DNA from: Iphione sp. A-MEVVRFRX5 | Taxonomy: Eukaryota | Direction: 5' to 3' | DNA: 64,000 bases | Assembly: GCA_976226885.1 (NCBI GenBank) | Contig: OZ320315.1 | Span: 97,216,001 to 97,280,000, forward strand | In this document: positions 1 through 12,074 of the stretch, one piece after another | How the letters are laid out: each line of letters opens with the position of its first letter | How positions within the stretch are numbered: the first letter of the stretch is position 1 | Notes under the pieces: generated by a model | Seen by the model: only the letters and a program-made list of their open reading frames with translations | What the model was told of the DNA's origin: nothing | Databases searched by the model: none | Position numbers and translations under genes: made by a program

Positions 1-484
1 AAATATGTTCTGTCAGAATATCAGTCACATTTTTAAGCATAATTTGCAGGTCCGACCTCGTTTCATAAAACATAACCTGGACTGAGTCAGTAGGTTGGGA
101 TTGCTCTATTAGTCGTTGGAGAGTCTGGAGAACTGACCTTTGTCTGGAATTAGTTCTGAATAACTGCCATCAGCAGTATTATTAGAAATCCCAGTAAGAG
201 ACTCTTTACTTTTTTGTATCGATATTGAGATCAACAGGGCTTACCTCTTTTCTTTTGATGCCACCGTCATTCGGGACTATATTTCCCTTCCCTTCAGGGG
301 TAATCGGTGTGACAGCAGTTGGCTCTAATGGGATAGGGTCTGTTGAGCAGGCATTCTTTTCTTCTTTTGCCATTGATTGAAGCGGGGTTAAAAATAATGG
401 TGTTGCAAGCACTGCGTCCACATAGCCTGCGGCCGAGTGCGTTGAAGCGTCGTGTGGTTGGGTATTGTTTTCCGCGGTGTCCAT
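1..484 (-). pseudogene. N-terminal part of a LINE ORF1; the element continues off the left edge of the window
   Basis: ORF 206..484 shares AAGYVDAVLA and KRKEVSP with the ORF1 start at 7106..7681 (AALAYADEVLA, KRKDISP). After a frameshift it reads VQVMFYETRSDLQIMLKNVTDILTEHI, resembling the start of the coiled coil. Confidence 0.6.
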
Positions 485-619
485 GTCTCTTGGGTACGAG
501 ACAATCCAGCGGTAGTTTTTAAATCCAAGTTTCCGCGTTAAATGTCTTAAATGTCGCCCTGATGATTATATTGGCGAGCGGTCTAGTGTAGTTGAGGGGA
601 ATTAGTGCCACCAGTCACT

Positions 620-960
620 CCCCCAGTCCGCAAAACACGTCCGTTCACCTCCACGCCATCATGTGTCTCTCTAGCTGCCATCACTGCCTCACGAGGGAAG
701 ATGGACCTGTCCACCCTGTGTGTATCAGATGACGGGGTGCCGACAGTGATGCCGAAATCCTCACCAAGGAAGAAATCTCCCAGTTGCCAGTCACCCGACC
801 AGGTTATGCTCTAGGCTTGCATGCTGGCGTCTATCTTCACACTGTCTGAGATGGGGTCCTGAGGTCTTATGATCTTGGCTGCTTTGTTGAAAGTAGCTGC
901 AAACTGAGTCCACCAGTTTGTCCTCATGGAATTCTCTGCCCAACCTCACTCGGTCAGATT
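620..960 (-). mobile_element. DIRS-order retrotransposon RNase H fragment
   Basis: Manual minus-strand translation gives ...DSVKIDASMQA*SITWSGDWQ..., matching the DAS..GWGA RNase H motif of the other DIRS pieces (e.g. EADASLKGWGATDG at 28.3 kb). Confidence 0.5.
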
Positions 961-964
961 TGCT

Positions 965-1800
965 TTGAATTGAATTGAATTGAAAAACTGTTTATTGAGC
1001 AAAGATACGTCATCTACAATAGATATTTTGCAGCAAGCTGCTCAGCCCATGACTTCCTCCAATCAACAGGCTGCAATCTTACAGAGAAAACAGAAAACCA
1101 GAAACTTTTGAAAACTACATTTTCTTCAAGTACTTTCTTATGCTTTTACCATTCCCAGTTAATATGATGAGGGACTACATAAGCGGCAAATAATTTTCTT
1201 CTTAGCTCAATGTCTGAAAATAGTTTACTCCTCTTTAATAAAAATGATACCGAATGCAATTTATTAATTTTGTACTGTATCATTCCTGACACTGTCAACT
1301 TGTTATCTAAGTGAATGCCTAGGAATTATCCAAGTATCCACTTGTTCCAACACTACAGTACCCAGTTTTAAATCCAAATGGAATCCTATTGTCTTCCCAA
1401 ATACCATGGCTTTTGGTTTGACTACATTCAGTATTAGGCCATTCTGAATGCTCCATGTTAATACTTGATTTAGTGTATACTGCAGTTTGGCCCTTAAACT
1501 TAAGGCATTCGACCCCGTCGACACAATCATATGCTAATATTTTACTTGGGAATGACACCCCAAATATGACATTTAATAAAATTATGAACAACCAAGGGCC
1601 TAAGATAGACCCCTGAGGTACACCACATGAAACAACAGTCTCCGTAGACATAGAGCCATTACACTTTACTCTTTGAGTTCTTCCACTAAGATAATCCATA
1701 AACCAACGCAGAATTTGCCCTTTGAACCCATATTTGTCCAACTTCTTTAATACTAAGGTATGGTTGATGAGGTCGAATGCCTTCGACATATCCAAATTTG
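965..1800 (-). mobile_element. 5'-truncated LINE: RT C-terminal half, 3' UTR and (TTCAA)n tail
   Basis: ORF 1319..1795 has DMSKAFD and GVPQGSILGPWLF. On the minus strand AATAAA is followed by (TTCAA)x4 at 965-997. Confidence 0.85.
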
Positions 1801-1932
1801 CCGTAGCTATCTATTTGTTTTGATTTTTTTTTTTGGAACTTTTATTTATCCTGGCTTCCACTGAAGCCAGCCATAGCACTGGGTACATGATTCATCCAGC
1901 CATAGCACTGGGTACATGATTCAGACTTGACT

Positions 1933-4632
1933 TTAAATATATACAATATATACAATGTATGTACAATGTATTCTTAATCCAAATTCCAATGAAACGTTGA
2001 TTTTGTCATCACAATTCATGATACTTTCCAGTTTTCTTTCATCAATAATTGTTAAACATGTGGTTTTTGACAAGCAGTCTTTGATTTTAATGGAATCTGG
2101 TAGGTTGTTCCATAATCTTGTTGCCACATATTTGGGTTCATTCATGAAATTTGATTTCTTGGGGAGTGGGAGTGGAAGATCAGTGCGTCTAAGTATGCTT
2201 TTGGTCAGTCGATCTTTGTACTGGGTGATTAGGACTGGATGAAATATGCTCAGTGTGAAATATTGACTTCTTAGTTCTAATGGCAGGATGTTATGTTTTT
2301 TACCTGTTGCAATTCTGACTGCCTTTTCGAGTTGTTTCTCTAACTTTTGGAAATCCAGAGATCTATGACAATGTATTGTTCCAATTCCATATTCTATTGC
2401 TGGGATGAAATAGGTTTTAAGTACTTGGATAGCGGTTTCTTTGTCTATACGTGAAGATTGTCTTATGTTAATAAGTGAGTATGATCTTTTGATATTTGTA
2501 TTGTGATACATGTTTAATTTCGACATTGTCGACTGTTATGCATAATTTCGAGTTTACGAGAATATTTACTCCTGTTACATGTGAATAGCATGCTCTCAGT
2601 TTTCGTTAGGTTCATTTTGATTCCATTTGCAGAACACCATCTGTTGAGTTCATTTAGATCCCAGTTCAGGCATTCTTCAATTACAGCAATGTGTTGGTCA
2701 GAGAAAAGTCAGATCGTATCATCCGCATACATGATGCAATGGGAATATTCTAAGCATTTTACACTGTCGTTTATAAATAGGGAAAACAAGAGCGGGCCTA
2801 AAATGCTTCCTTGGGGTACGCCAGTTTTTAGTGGTAAGGAAGCAGACTTTGTATCAGAAATTTTTGTGATAATCGAACGATGTTGTAGGTAAGATGAAAA
2901 CCAACTTAGTACATTCTTAAAACCCATTTTGTTCATTTTCTCAAGTAAGATTTGGTGATCGATACTATCAAATGCTTTTTGATAGTCTACAAATATAGCC
3001 CCTGTTGGTCGACCTTCATTCATATTGGTGTGGATGTAATGAAGTACATCATTAAGGGCATGTGTGGTAGACTTTCTCTTACGAAAACCATATTGATTGT
3101 CACAGAAGAGATTGTGACGTTCTATGAATGGTATACACTGATCTGCTACAATTCTTTCTAATATTTTTGCACCTATAGGAAGGATACTTATTGGTCTGTA
3201 AGACTTTCCATCTGATCTGCTGCCTTTACCTTTATATAAAGGGTGATGGTAGCTATTTTCCAGCGTAGCGGAAATATGCATACTGAAGGCTACAATTTAG
3301 GAGGTGCGTGAATTCTTTACATATGCTAATAAGACAGGATTTTATTATTTTTGATGATTTGATATTCATACCTGTGGGTTTTGATTCCCTTTGGTCTAGA
3401 ATCACTTTTTTTACTTTCTGCGGGTCAATTTTATCAAATTCAAAATGGTCCACTGCCTCCTCTACATAAGTGGTGATTAGTGGACTATTTCTGTTACATG
3501 GACATTGACCTACGGTAGAGAAGTGTTGATTGAATTTATTAGCCGATTCATATAAGGTGAGGAATTGCTTACCTTCTTTTAGTATTGGAGTGGAAGTTTC
3601 CTTGTTCAGTCCGAGACAACGTTTAAGAGTTGACCAATAACGTTTTGGACAATTTTTGTTCATATTAATTGATTTTCTCATGTATTCCTTACGATCAAGT
3701 AACTGATCGGCTTTACAATTCTCTTTCATGATTCTAGCCTGCTGCCACAATTGTGGGGATTTCGACCGGATGGCAAGTTTGAAAAGATTGTTTTTTTCTT
3801 TGATTAAGTTTAGGGTATTTTTGGAGCTCCAACTTTGATTACTATGTAGTGATTTACTTATTTTTTCCGGACTAATAGAATAAAAGGTTTTTTCAATGAA
3901 GCGATCTAATCTGGTTGCCAAATAATTCGGTTTGGAGGCAGTATTTATATCCAATTTGACCGATAGTGATATGGCATAATGGTCGCTTATGTACATTTCG
4001 TGTACTCTGGCATTACACTCATCGTTGTAGTTGGTTATGATGTGGTCAATACATGAGCTACTATTGATAGTACATCTGGTAGGGCCAGTGATTTTCGGTG
4101 TTAAGTTAAAATTGTTACATAGGTGAGTCAATTTCCTATAGTTTGCATTTGACTGATCCATGGAGTCAATGTTAATATCGCCTATTAATATTGTAGTTGC
4201 TTGACCAGGCCATAACTTCACTAAGGTGGCATCAAGATTATTGAGAAAAGATGTTATATTCCCTTTCAGTGGACGGTATAAACATTTACCATTGCGAGAG
4301 TTGATTTTAAGACATGCTAATTCAATAAAACATTCACTGTCGATCAGGATCAGGCTTTTGTAATATACTCAAATACCACCACCTGCACTGTACGATCTGT
4401 CTAACCGGAAAATATTATAATTGTCTATATGCAGCAAACTGTTAGGAATGTCATCATTTAGCCAGGATTTGGTTAATACTAGTACATCTGGGTTGAATGT
4501 AGACAACAGTCTGAAACAGTCTAGGGTTTTGTTGCGTATACTACAAATACTCAAATGCATAATGAACAGTTTTCCTTCTTCCGCTGTTAAGGTACTAGCC
4601 ATATTTGTGATAAGTGAGCCAAATACTTTCAA
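1933..4632 (-). pseudogene. LINE ORF2 (APE endonuclease + reverse transcriptase), frameshifted
   Basis: APE motifs: SICSIRNK, DVLVLTKSWL, IGDINID, SCIDHI, SDHYAI. RT motifs: YRPISILP, QYGFRKRKST, DYQKAFD, GVPQGSILGPLLF, YADD. Confidence 0.92.
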
Positions 4633-5140
4633 GAGACATCATTATAATAACGAGCGTCTGACATATACTTGGAATCAGGTATTGATAATAACACATATCT
4701 CTCACATGGACGTGAATTATGGCGCTGTGATGTGAAAGGCCATAGGAGCTGATAAATTTGTATAGTAATAATATACATCATGAGACGGGATCGTGAAAAT
4801 AACAACACAAAAGTGTTATGATTTTATTAGAGACCATGCCACTGTCGGAACTCAAGAGGAGTTCAATCTGCAGAGGAGTTCAATCTGCACCTACGTCGGT
4901 CTCAGAGAGGAGGCCAGGATGAGTATAATTCTGCATGGTCTTTGATAGCTGTCTCAGTAGAGGAGACAAATAAAGATCACATGTTCATATGGTCGGTGTG
5001 CATAGGTGAGAGTATATATAGGCCTATTTCTTTGCGTGAACATGCCTTACAGACAATCGGCTAAGGCAAAAATAGTTTACTCGCCGGGAAACAGTTCAGT
5101 TCATTCGGCTTATCAAAGTTCGTCAGTCTTTGAGGACTAG

Positions 5141-5833
5141 TTATATTTTCAGCTTGTGTATCAGGCTCACCATAGCTCGTACAAGTTCCAGTCTGCCAGC
5201 AGGACCAAGATGACACCCGTCTGCTAGCTTGTGAAGGCGGTTGGTGTCTCTACCATTCGAGCGGCTGTGTAGAATTACGCCGTTGTACGGGGTAGGTACC
5301 CCATGTTGCCCATTGAAGGAAATCATCTGCCTGTTGATTAAGTGCGCAGCCCGGTTCACGATTTTCTGCTTCGGATGGCTGGGAACACCTGAAAAATCTT
5401 CCCTTTGATTTTTAGTATTGAAAACTGCTAAATCTGGAGCCATTACTTGCGAAAAAATCACATACGAGCCTGGCAGACAAGTAGAAATGGTATCGAATGC
5501 ACTGAGCACCGATAGCATAAATTCTTCACATAAAGTGTAAGGGTCAGTGTGTGGGACCGACAATTGTTTACATACGTGTCCATTAGGTAGCTTATAGGTT
5601 CGAACCAAAGTCGTAAGGTCGTTTGAGCCACCTAGGATAATAATGTAAAATGGAATATCAGTAAATTGAAACTCACAAATTTCTCATACCAATTTGTGTA
5701 AGCCTGCTCCAGGATATACATGTAGGATGCAGCTCAAACCATTTTGTCTCAATTCTCAGTGTAGTCTCCTGCCGTGTGAGTCAGTGAAGATATGCACGGG
5801 CAGAGGAACAACGTCGGAATCTATTTCCAACAT
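5141..5833 (-). pseudogene. SGNH/GDSL-type hydrolase (esterase) ORF with in-frame stops
   Basis: The ATG at 5833 lies 4 nt after the ORF1 stop. Block I IFTDSHGRRL, block II VYPGAGL, block III ILGGSNDL, block V LADGCHL. Confidence 0.82.
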
Positions 5834-5837
5834 TATC

Positions 5838-7681
5838 TTACTCAGTCGGAGAATCTGTTGTTTGTAATGTCGATCTAACCTTCTCTAAAATCAATCCCAG
5901 CCAGTTACCCCCAGTAGTCATCGGTTTTGATAAGTCAAGGTTACGAAGAGTCACGCCTACCCCCCAACTATTGTCCAATGAGGCTTTGTAGATTTTTCTG
6001 TTGCCTGTCGAAAGGAGGGACGTCTTGCTTGAGTGACACTGACTATATTTGGATACCAGTATGCTCGTCATTCTCTTGCTTTTGAGCGTCAGTCATTTTA
6101 GTGGGGTCGGTTAGTGCTTTTGTTTTTCTGGGGATTAGTGTTGGGTCATCGATCAGCATGATCTCCTCGGCCAGGTCAGTGCATCCAAAAGCAAGCGCTT
6201 TGACTGATTGAAAAGCCTGTTCGGCTGAGGTATACTTGATGCCATTGTGTGTGAAATTGTCCTTGCACATGTTTGATAGTGGGTGGTTTTTACCAAAGAA
6301 AGCAATGCTATTGTCATTACGTTTCTCCGATGCCTTTTCAAGCGAGAACCCGGGTGGTAATCGGTGGAGTGTTCATGGTGTGTATGTTGTACCTGATATA
6401 GTGAGTTTGTTGCCTTTCAATTTAGTGTCAAATTTCAAGGCTTTAGCTTATTGAAATACGCTCCGCAATTCACCCCTACTTACTCGGTCTGCTTGTGGGA
6501 GATCCTCATTTATCCAGACCCCCCCCTCAGGGTCTTCAGGTTTGCTCTCCCAATTAATATTCTGGAGCGAGTGTTTTGTTTTATGAATTTAACTTTTATG
6601 TCCCTGACTCCGTTGCTGTTTTTTGTACCGATTCGGAAACATGGGTCCATGTTACCTGCTGCAAATAAGGGGTCTGCCAGAGTGAAGACTTCGCTCACCC
6701 GTGTCCATAACCATTGTGGAGTTTCCCCTCCTTCTTCTGAGAGACCCGAGATTATTAAATTCATCATTTTGCTATCCCGCTCAAGCTTGTCCACCATCCC
6801 TCTCATTGATTTAATCTCATTGCACATTTGGGTCTGCTTCAGTTTTCCACACCCACCAGTAATGGGATTGTCATCGAGTTTCGCCCGTAATTCTGCATTT
6901 TCTGCTTCAAGCTCCTCTAACCTGTCGCTTTGGGACTTTACTGCTACGTCTAATTCCACTACTTTAACTTGGTTTGCCTCTATACTTGATCTCATGTCTT
7001 CACTAACCTCTTTCATGTCTTTGACGTGAGCATTTAAGATTTCCTGAAAGCCCAGTAGGGAAGCGCTCAATTCATTTTTGATTTCATTTAGCATTCCATG
7101 TACCATTAACGAGGGGTATGTTCATTTGGACTAGAGCATTTGATTTCATTTAACATACTCAGGACATCCTCTCGCATGTTTTGGCTGACTGTGTTGTCTA
7201 GAATTGTTGGTGACCTATCTCTTGCCTTTTTCTCTTCCTGGCTATCCAAAATCGGACTGATATCTTTCCTTTTGAAACTGCACACTGGGGTCCCCAAAGT
7301 AGATACCTCAGTTTGCGTGTAAATTTCACGGCTTCCACAACGAGTTTTTATTGATAATTCCTCATTATGTTCTGTAGTCTCTTTTTCCTCTGATAACTTA
7401 GTTTCTGTGGTACCCTTTTGTGTTTCTGATTTGTTTGTGTTTTTGAGACATTCTGAGCCGGTCGAGTGTTGTGATTGTTCGTTAGATATTGATGTCTTGT
7501 CTGTTGTGTCAGTCAGTAATGCTTTTGGTATTTCTATGGAGTTTTGCTGCTGTGAAATACTACTGTCTGTCCTCTGTGTGTACATCTTGACTGGTTTCGC
7601 TGCAAGCACTTCATCTGCATATGCCAGTGCAGCGTTGACTGAAGTTTCTAAATATAGACTCTCGTCATATGCTAGACTCAC
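5838..7681 (-). pseudogene. LINE ORF1: disordered N-terminus, coiled coil, RRM-CTD and C-terminal NADAR domain, frameshifted
   Basis: Coiled-coil heptads, then MMNLIISGLSEE...FRIG...DIKVKF (RRM). NADAR motifs at about 5860-6330: YTSAEQAFQSVKA, LDNSWGVG, GGNWLGLILEKVRSTL. Confidence 0.85.
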
Positions 7682-9424
7682 TATCGCTCATTCAGTCGTT
7701 GTCGGTCCAGCAAAAGTTAAAGAATTGTATATTAAATCTTTTGAAGAAGTGATCAGTTAAGACAATACAAAAGTCTGATTGATTACCTTTTGAGTTTCCT
7801 TATTTATGTGATCCTGTCTGTCTTCTAACCGATCCAGTCAGCTAATTAGCTCCGTCTGGCCGACACGTCTTACCACGCCAACGCCATGCCTAGGGATTTT
7901 CAATGTGTGATTGATCCCTTCATAGATATCTTTTAGAAGGACACCACAAGCTGTCATTGTACCCTTACCAGGTCTAAAGCAAAATTGATTCTTATGGAAG
8001 ATTTCACATCTTTCTGTAAATCCATTTACTTGTTTGAGACAACAGATTCCAGGATTCTTCCGGTCACCCAGAACTACTCCGTTCCTGAGCGACTTGTTAA
8101 TAAGTCGGGTTTAGAAATTTTTAATTTTTGAACCAACTTATATAACTCAAAGACGGTGATTTCACAAAAAGTGTTGATATTTTCTGCAGGCACCTGAATA
8201 TTTTCCACATTATAACTAGGCCTCACATGACTTCTTAATTCATCCACAGTTTCAACAAAGATATTTATTTCCTCAGATACCTTTTCCCCTGAGTTTTACC
8301 AAGCACCATCTCGTTCAACAGTATCCAAAAAAGGTTTTCATTACCCTCACAGTGGTGCAACCTTTTATGAAAATGGTCTCGTTTACCAACCTTTATCAAA
8401 TTATTAACCTTATTTCGATAGAAATTTGACATTCGTTTATAATCAGTAATTCGTGTCTGACACCATCTTTTATGAAAATATACACGTTCTCTCCTTTAAT
8501 TTTTAAGTATTGGATTAATCCAAAAGATATGGCCTATCCACACTTCTTTTTCCTCAAATGGAGCAATTTCTTTTATTCCCAAAAATTATCAACAGAGGTG
8601 GTTTGGATGTTTGGCCAGTCACAACATTATAACCTTTCTTTTAACTCGAGGTATGAATAATTTTTCATGTTTCTTCGGCTTATTCGGCAAATACTTTCTG
8701 TCGACTTTTCTTAAAATATACAAAAACAAACTTGTGATCACTTATGCCAGTGTCAAAAATACCAAATTTCTGTATGTTTTCTGAATTGGTATAGATATGG
8801 TCCAAACAGGAACCAAAATCATGGGTGGGTTGTGTAATTGTCTGGCAGAGACACTTCTCATAAAGTGCTGACACTTTCTTTTAGGGTGATTATTCCTTTC
8901 CCAATCCACATTGAAATCCCCCATGGTTGTTACCTGATTATTGTGTTTGTTCAATCTTATAACAGTTTCTTCCAAATCGTTTAAAAGACAATCTAACACT
9001 CCAGTCGGGTGACGATACACCACAAATAATAAATGCTGTTTACGTTTTCCTGGCTTAAAATTTACAACTAGCACTTCCCCATTTTGTGACATCAGGCTTC
9101 CCTCAATAATGACCCCCGAGATCCATGAGTCACAAACATACACTACCAATCCTCCTCCCATTTTCTTTTTTGTTAGCTCAGAATCCCTATCTTGCCGATA
9201 ACAGCGATAACCAAGGATTTCTATTACTGATGTTGGAAGGCTGGGTTTTTGCCAGGTTTCTGAGAGACCTTACACATCTACATCATGGTCTTTTAATACT
9301 AACTGTATTTCACTCAATTTGCCCAATAAACTATGACAATTCCATTCTAATAATTTCAAGACTTTCATACTCAGTAGAGGGAATAACAGGTAGCGACTTC
9401 CTAGGTCATAAGAAAACAATGTAC

Positions 9425-10020
9425 TTACAATATCCCAAATGTCAAACCTATGGCAATACTGAAGCTGGTACCCCAGTCTTGCAAAGCTACATCATTAGGG
9501 TGACAACCGTCAATCAGATACTTGAACCGAGAGCAAAATCTGTTCTTCTGCCACCTGTGAACTGGCTCAGCTGTTCCTGGAGTAAACTTTTTTATTGAGA
9601 TCCTTAATCTGATTGTTCATAATCTGAACACAGTTGGTAACATGGTGTTAATTATCTTGAGTCAATGTCCCCGGGCTATAAACATGCCAATCTATACTAC
9701 CAAGAGATGACATTTTCCTTTCAAAAAGAGACAGAAATGCTGATAGCTAATAGCTCCACGTGGAGGTGTCATCAAACCCTGGGGATATCTGTTTAGTTCT
9801 TTTGTCCCTTTGACAAATATCAGTTATTCCAACAAATACCAATATCAAGTGATATTCAGAGCTATCATTGCTCTCCAACCACGACAGAGTATCCTTTAAT
9901 TCGGCCCCCGGCATATACAAAACATCAGCCACAATGTCGTTAGTTTTCAACCACATATGATACAGGTTCTCATAGAGGTGACGACCTCGTTGAGTCTGAT
10001 AGGATTAATACTCGGTACAT
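9425..10020 (-). pseudogene. SGNH/GDSL-type hydrolase ORF, frameshifted
   Basis: MYRVLILSDS.RGRHL, YMPGAEL, VFVGITDI and KYLIDGCHPNDVALQDWG; collinear with the intact 25642..26289 protein. Confidence 0.85.
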
Positions 10021-10599
10021 TATTCAGAGAGTTTTTACCTACAATACTGTATGACACCAAATTAGCAAAATCAACATGGTTACAGGTTTGTGCTTCCGCC
10101 AGCACGAAACTTCAGATAATCCAGGCAGACTATACCTGTTCTCACCCTTTAGCACCGTCAGTGCTTACCGGTATGTGCTTCCGCAAGCACAGATAACCTT
10201 ACAGAGTAGCAATAGATGGTTGGGTTATCATAATCTTCCATAAACCAAAACAGTAAAATATTTCTCGGATTGACTGTACTAACACCAGTACCAATTACAA
10301 TCTGCAATACCTGCAACCTTGTCCTACTATTACAGGTGTAGATCTGGATTCCAACGCAGACTGCATGATCAGAATCTTCTTAGCTGTTCACCTGCGTAGT
10401 CTCTGGCTAATGCGGCTATCTGTAATATGAATAGGGTACATAATCACGTTGAGGATAAGATCACAGACGTGATCCTCTAATGTCAGATAATGTGTTTATC
10501 TTACCAAGCGCAGCTGATTATTTAACAACCTAATGCAAGGAGTATCCGCACGAGGTAACCTGTCGAGCTGCCTCCAACCCAGACAGATTTTGCCTGCAA

Positions 10600-11420
10600 G
10601 AAACAGAAGAATATTACATTATGGTTTAGACAATTCTGCACGAATCTCTTGCATTAGTAGTCAATTTCAGCCTTGGTCAGGTAGAGATTTTTCAACGATT
10701 GGCCAGCCCCAAGGAATTTGTCCCAGCTAGCTAGGATTATAGCTTTACCTACAGTTTTCATTAGAGACTTCCTTGCTGGCATATTATGAGAGAATTTTGC
10801 AAATAAACCCTCTCGCAGCACCCCTTCCATTTTCTTTTCCCAATCCGCAGATGGTGCACACTGGTTACCAAGTTGACGGACCATGAAGGGAGTCCGGGCA
10901 AGATTCGACCTTCAGTTTCCTTTATACAGGTTTGTTCTATACTCAGACTAGACAGTAGGCAGGACGATGTGTCATAAGTGTACTGAATGCCGTCAACTCT
11001 CAGAGTGAGCCCTCGTACAGTAGCTTTTGATCCTTTCTCTCGGGCCAATTCAGCAATCAGGTTCAGATGCCTATTTTTCGCTTGACTCGCCTCTGGTATA
11101 TCTTCCTTCAAAAAGACCCCACGAGTATAACCTGAGAAACGCGCTAAAATTGGCCTGCCACGCTTGGAGGGTTTTCCTATTCGAGTAGCTGAATGAAGAG
11201 AGTCCGAATTGTAGTGGGGATCAATTTTGCTGAAAATTTCATTCACCATGTCCCACGACGTTGTCTCATTTTCCTTCAAATCTTCTATTATCAAATTGTG
11301 TCGTCTTGCATCCAGTTCAAGGCCAAGGTTATATAATCTCCGATTCAAATCGCCCTTATACTTCGCCATACCTTCAAGTTTATCATTTATGGACTTTTTC
11401 CAGGTGTTTTCACCAGACAA
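10600..11420 (-). pseudogene. LINE ORF1 RRM-CTD plus the C-terminal half of NADAR (internal deletion)
   Basis: RRHNLIIEDLKE...ATRIGKP...PILARF and FLKEDIP, then WEKKMEGVLREGLFAKF...WDKFLGAG...LLMQEIRAEL. Confidence 0.8.
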
Positions 11421-11682
11421 AATCTTATCAACTGACTGGAATATTAATACAATAATGTATGAGAATCCAGTTTACCAACACATTTACAGAAGATGATAAC
11501 TACCCTGTATAAGGGTACGGGGTGATGATGATACTTGTAGGCTATGTTTCAGCGATAATAAATATGTCAGTTACACTGTGTGATAGTAGGTGTGATTTTT
11601 CAAAAATAGGACGGTAAGAATGATGCTATTTTTTAGTCAATTTAACTATTTAGTGGGTAATGACCAAGATGTCTAGGAAACG

Positions 11683-12050
11683 GCACAGCAGTGGAACTCC
11701 ATGTGCTGTAGGACCTATAAACCATAATTTTCTTACACTTACACATCCTGTTGTAAAGTCACACTGATCGATTGGTATAGACACAGCAGCGATGCCCCAT
11801 GTGTCCACTTGAATATTGAGAATCATATACTAGAAGCAACGAAGTGTTAGTGGGAAAATTTGCACCGCAGCAGAGCTCCAAGTGCGACTTTAAGAGTTAG
11901 GGGTTACAAATACGTTGGACACAGCAGTTGAGCTCCCTGTGTCAACCTGAAAACTTGGTAGTATAACATTGAGCCAAAGTCAATCACGATACTACAATGC
12001 CCAAAGTTCACTAAAAAACTTTAGCACACAGCAGCAAGGGCTCCATGTGC
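11683..12050. repeat. Five dispersed ~25-nt stem-loop-forming repeats
   Basis: Copies at 11683, 11780, 11862, 11918 and 12024, consensus G(A)CACAGCAG-N(4-7)-CTCCATGTG(T)C. The ends of each copy are self-complementary. Confidence 0.7.
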
Positions 12051-12074
12051 ATCAGTGTTTTCAATTTCCCATTT

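Larger units (their letters stand above)
1818..7890 (-). mobile_element. Near full-length three-ORF LINE (ORF1-NADAR / SGNH hydrolase / APE-RT), degraded
   Basis: Ordered ORF1 (7681-5838), hydrolase (5833-5141) and APE-RT (4632-1933), ending in AATAAA plus an A11 tract at about 1824-1846. Confidence 0.88.
7890..11450 (-). mobile_element. Three-ORF LINE, truncated at both ends (ORF1 RRM + partial NADAR, hydrolase, APE, RT N-terminus)
   Basis: APE starts MKVLKLLEWNCHSLLGK at 9368 and contains GDFNVDW and SCLDHIYTN...SDHK. RT stops at GKGTMTACVVLLKDIYEGIN near 7900, where the neighbouring element begins. Confidence 0.82.

Noticed and set aside
1866-1925. ~29-bp tandem duplication in a LINE 3' UTR (also a 16-bp duplication at 34698-34732)
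   Set aside because: An ordinary slippage duplication with no evidence of function.
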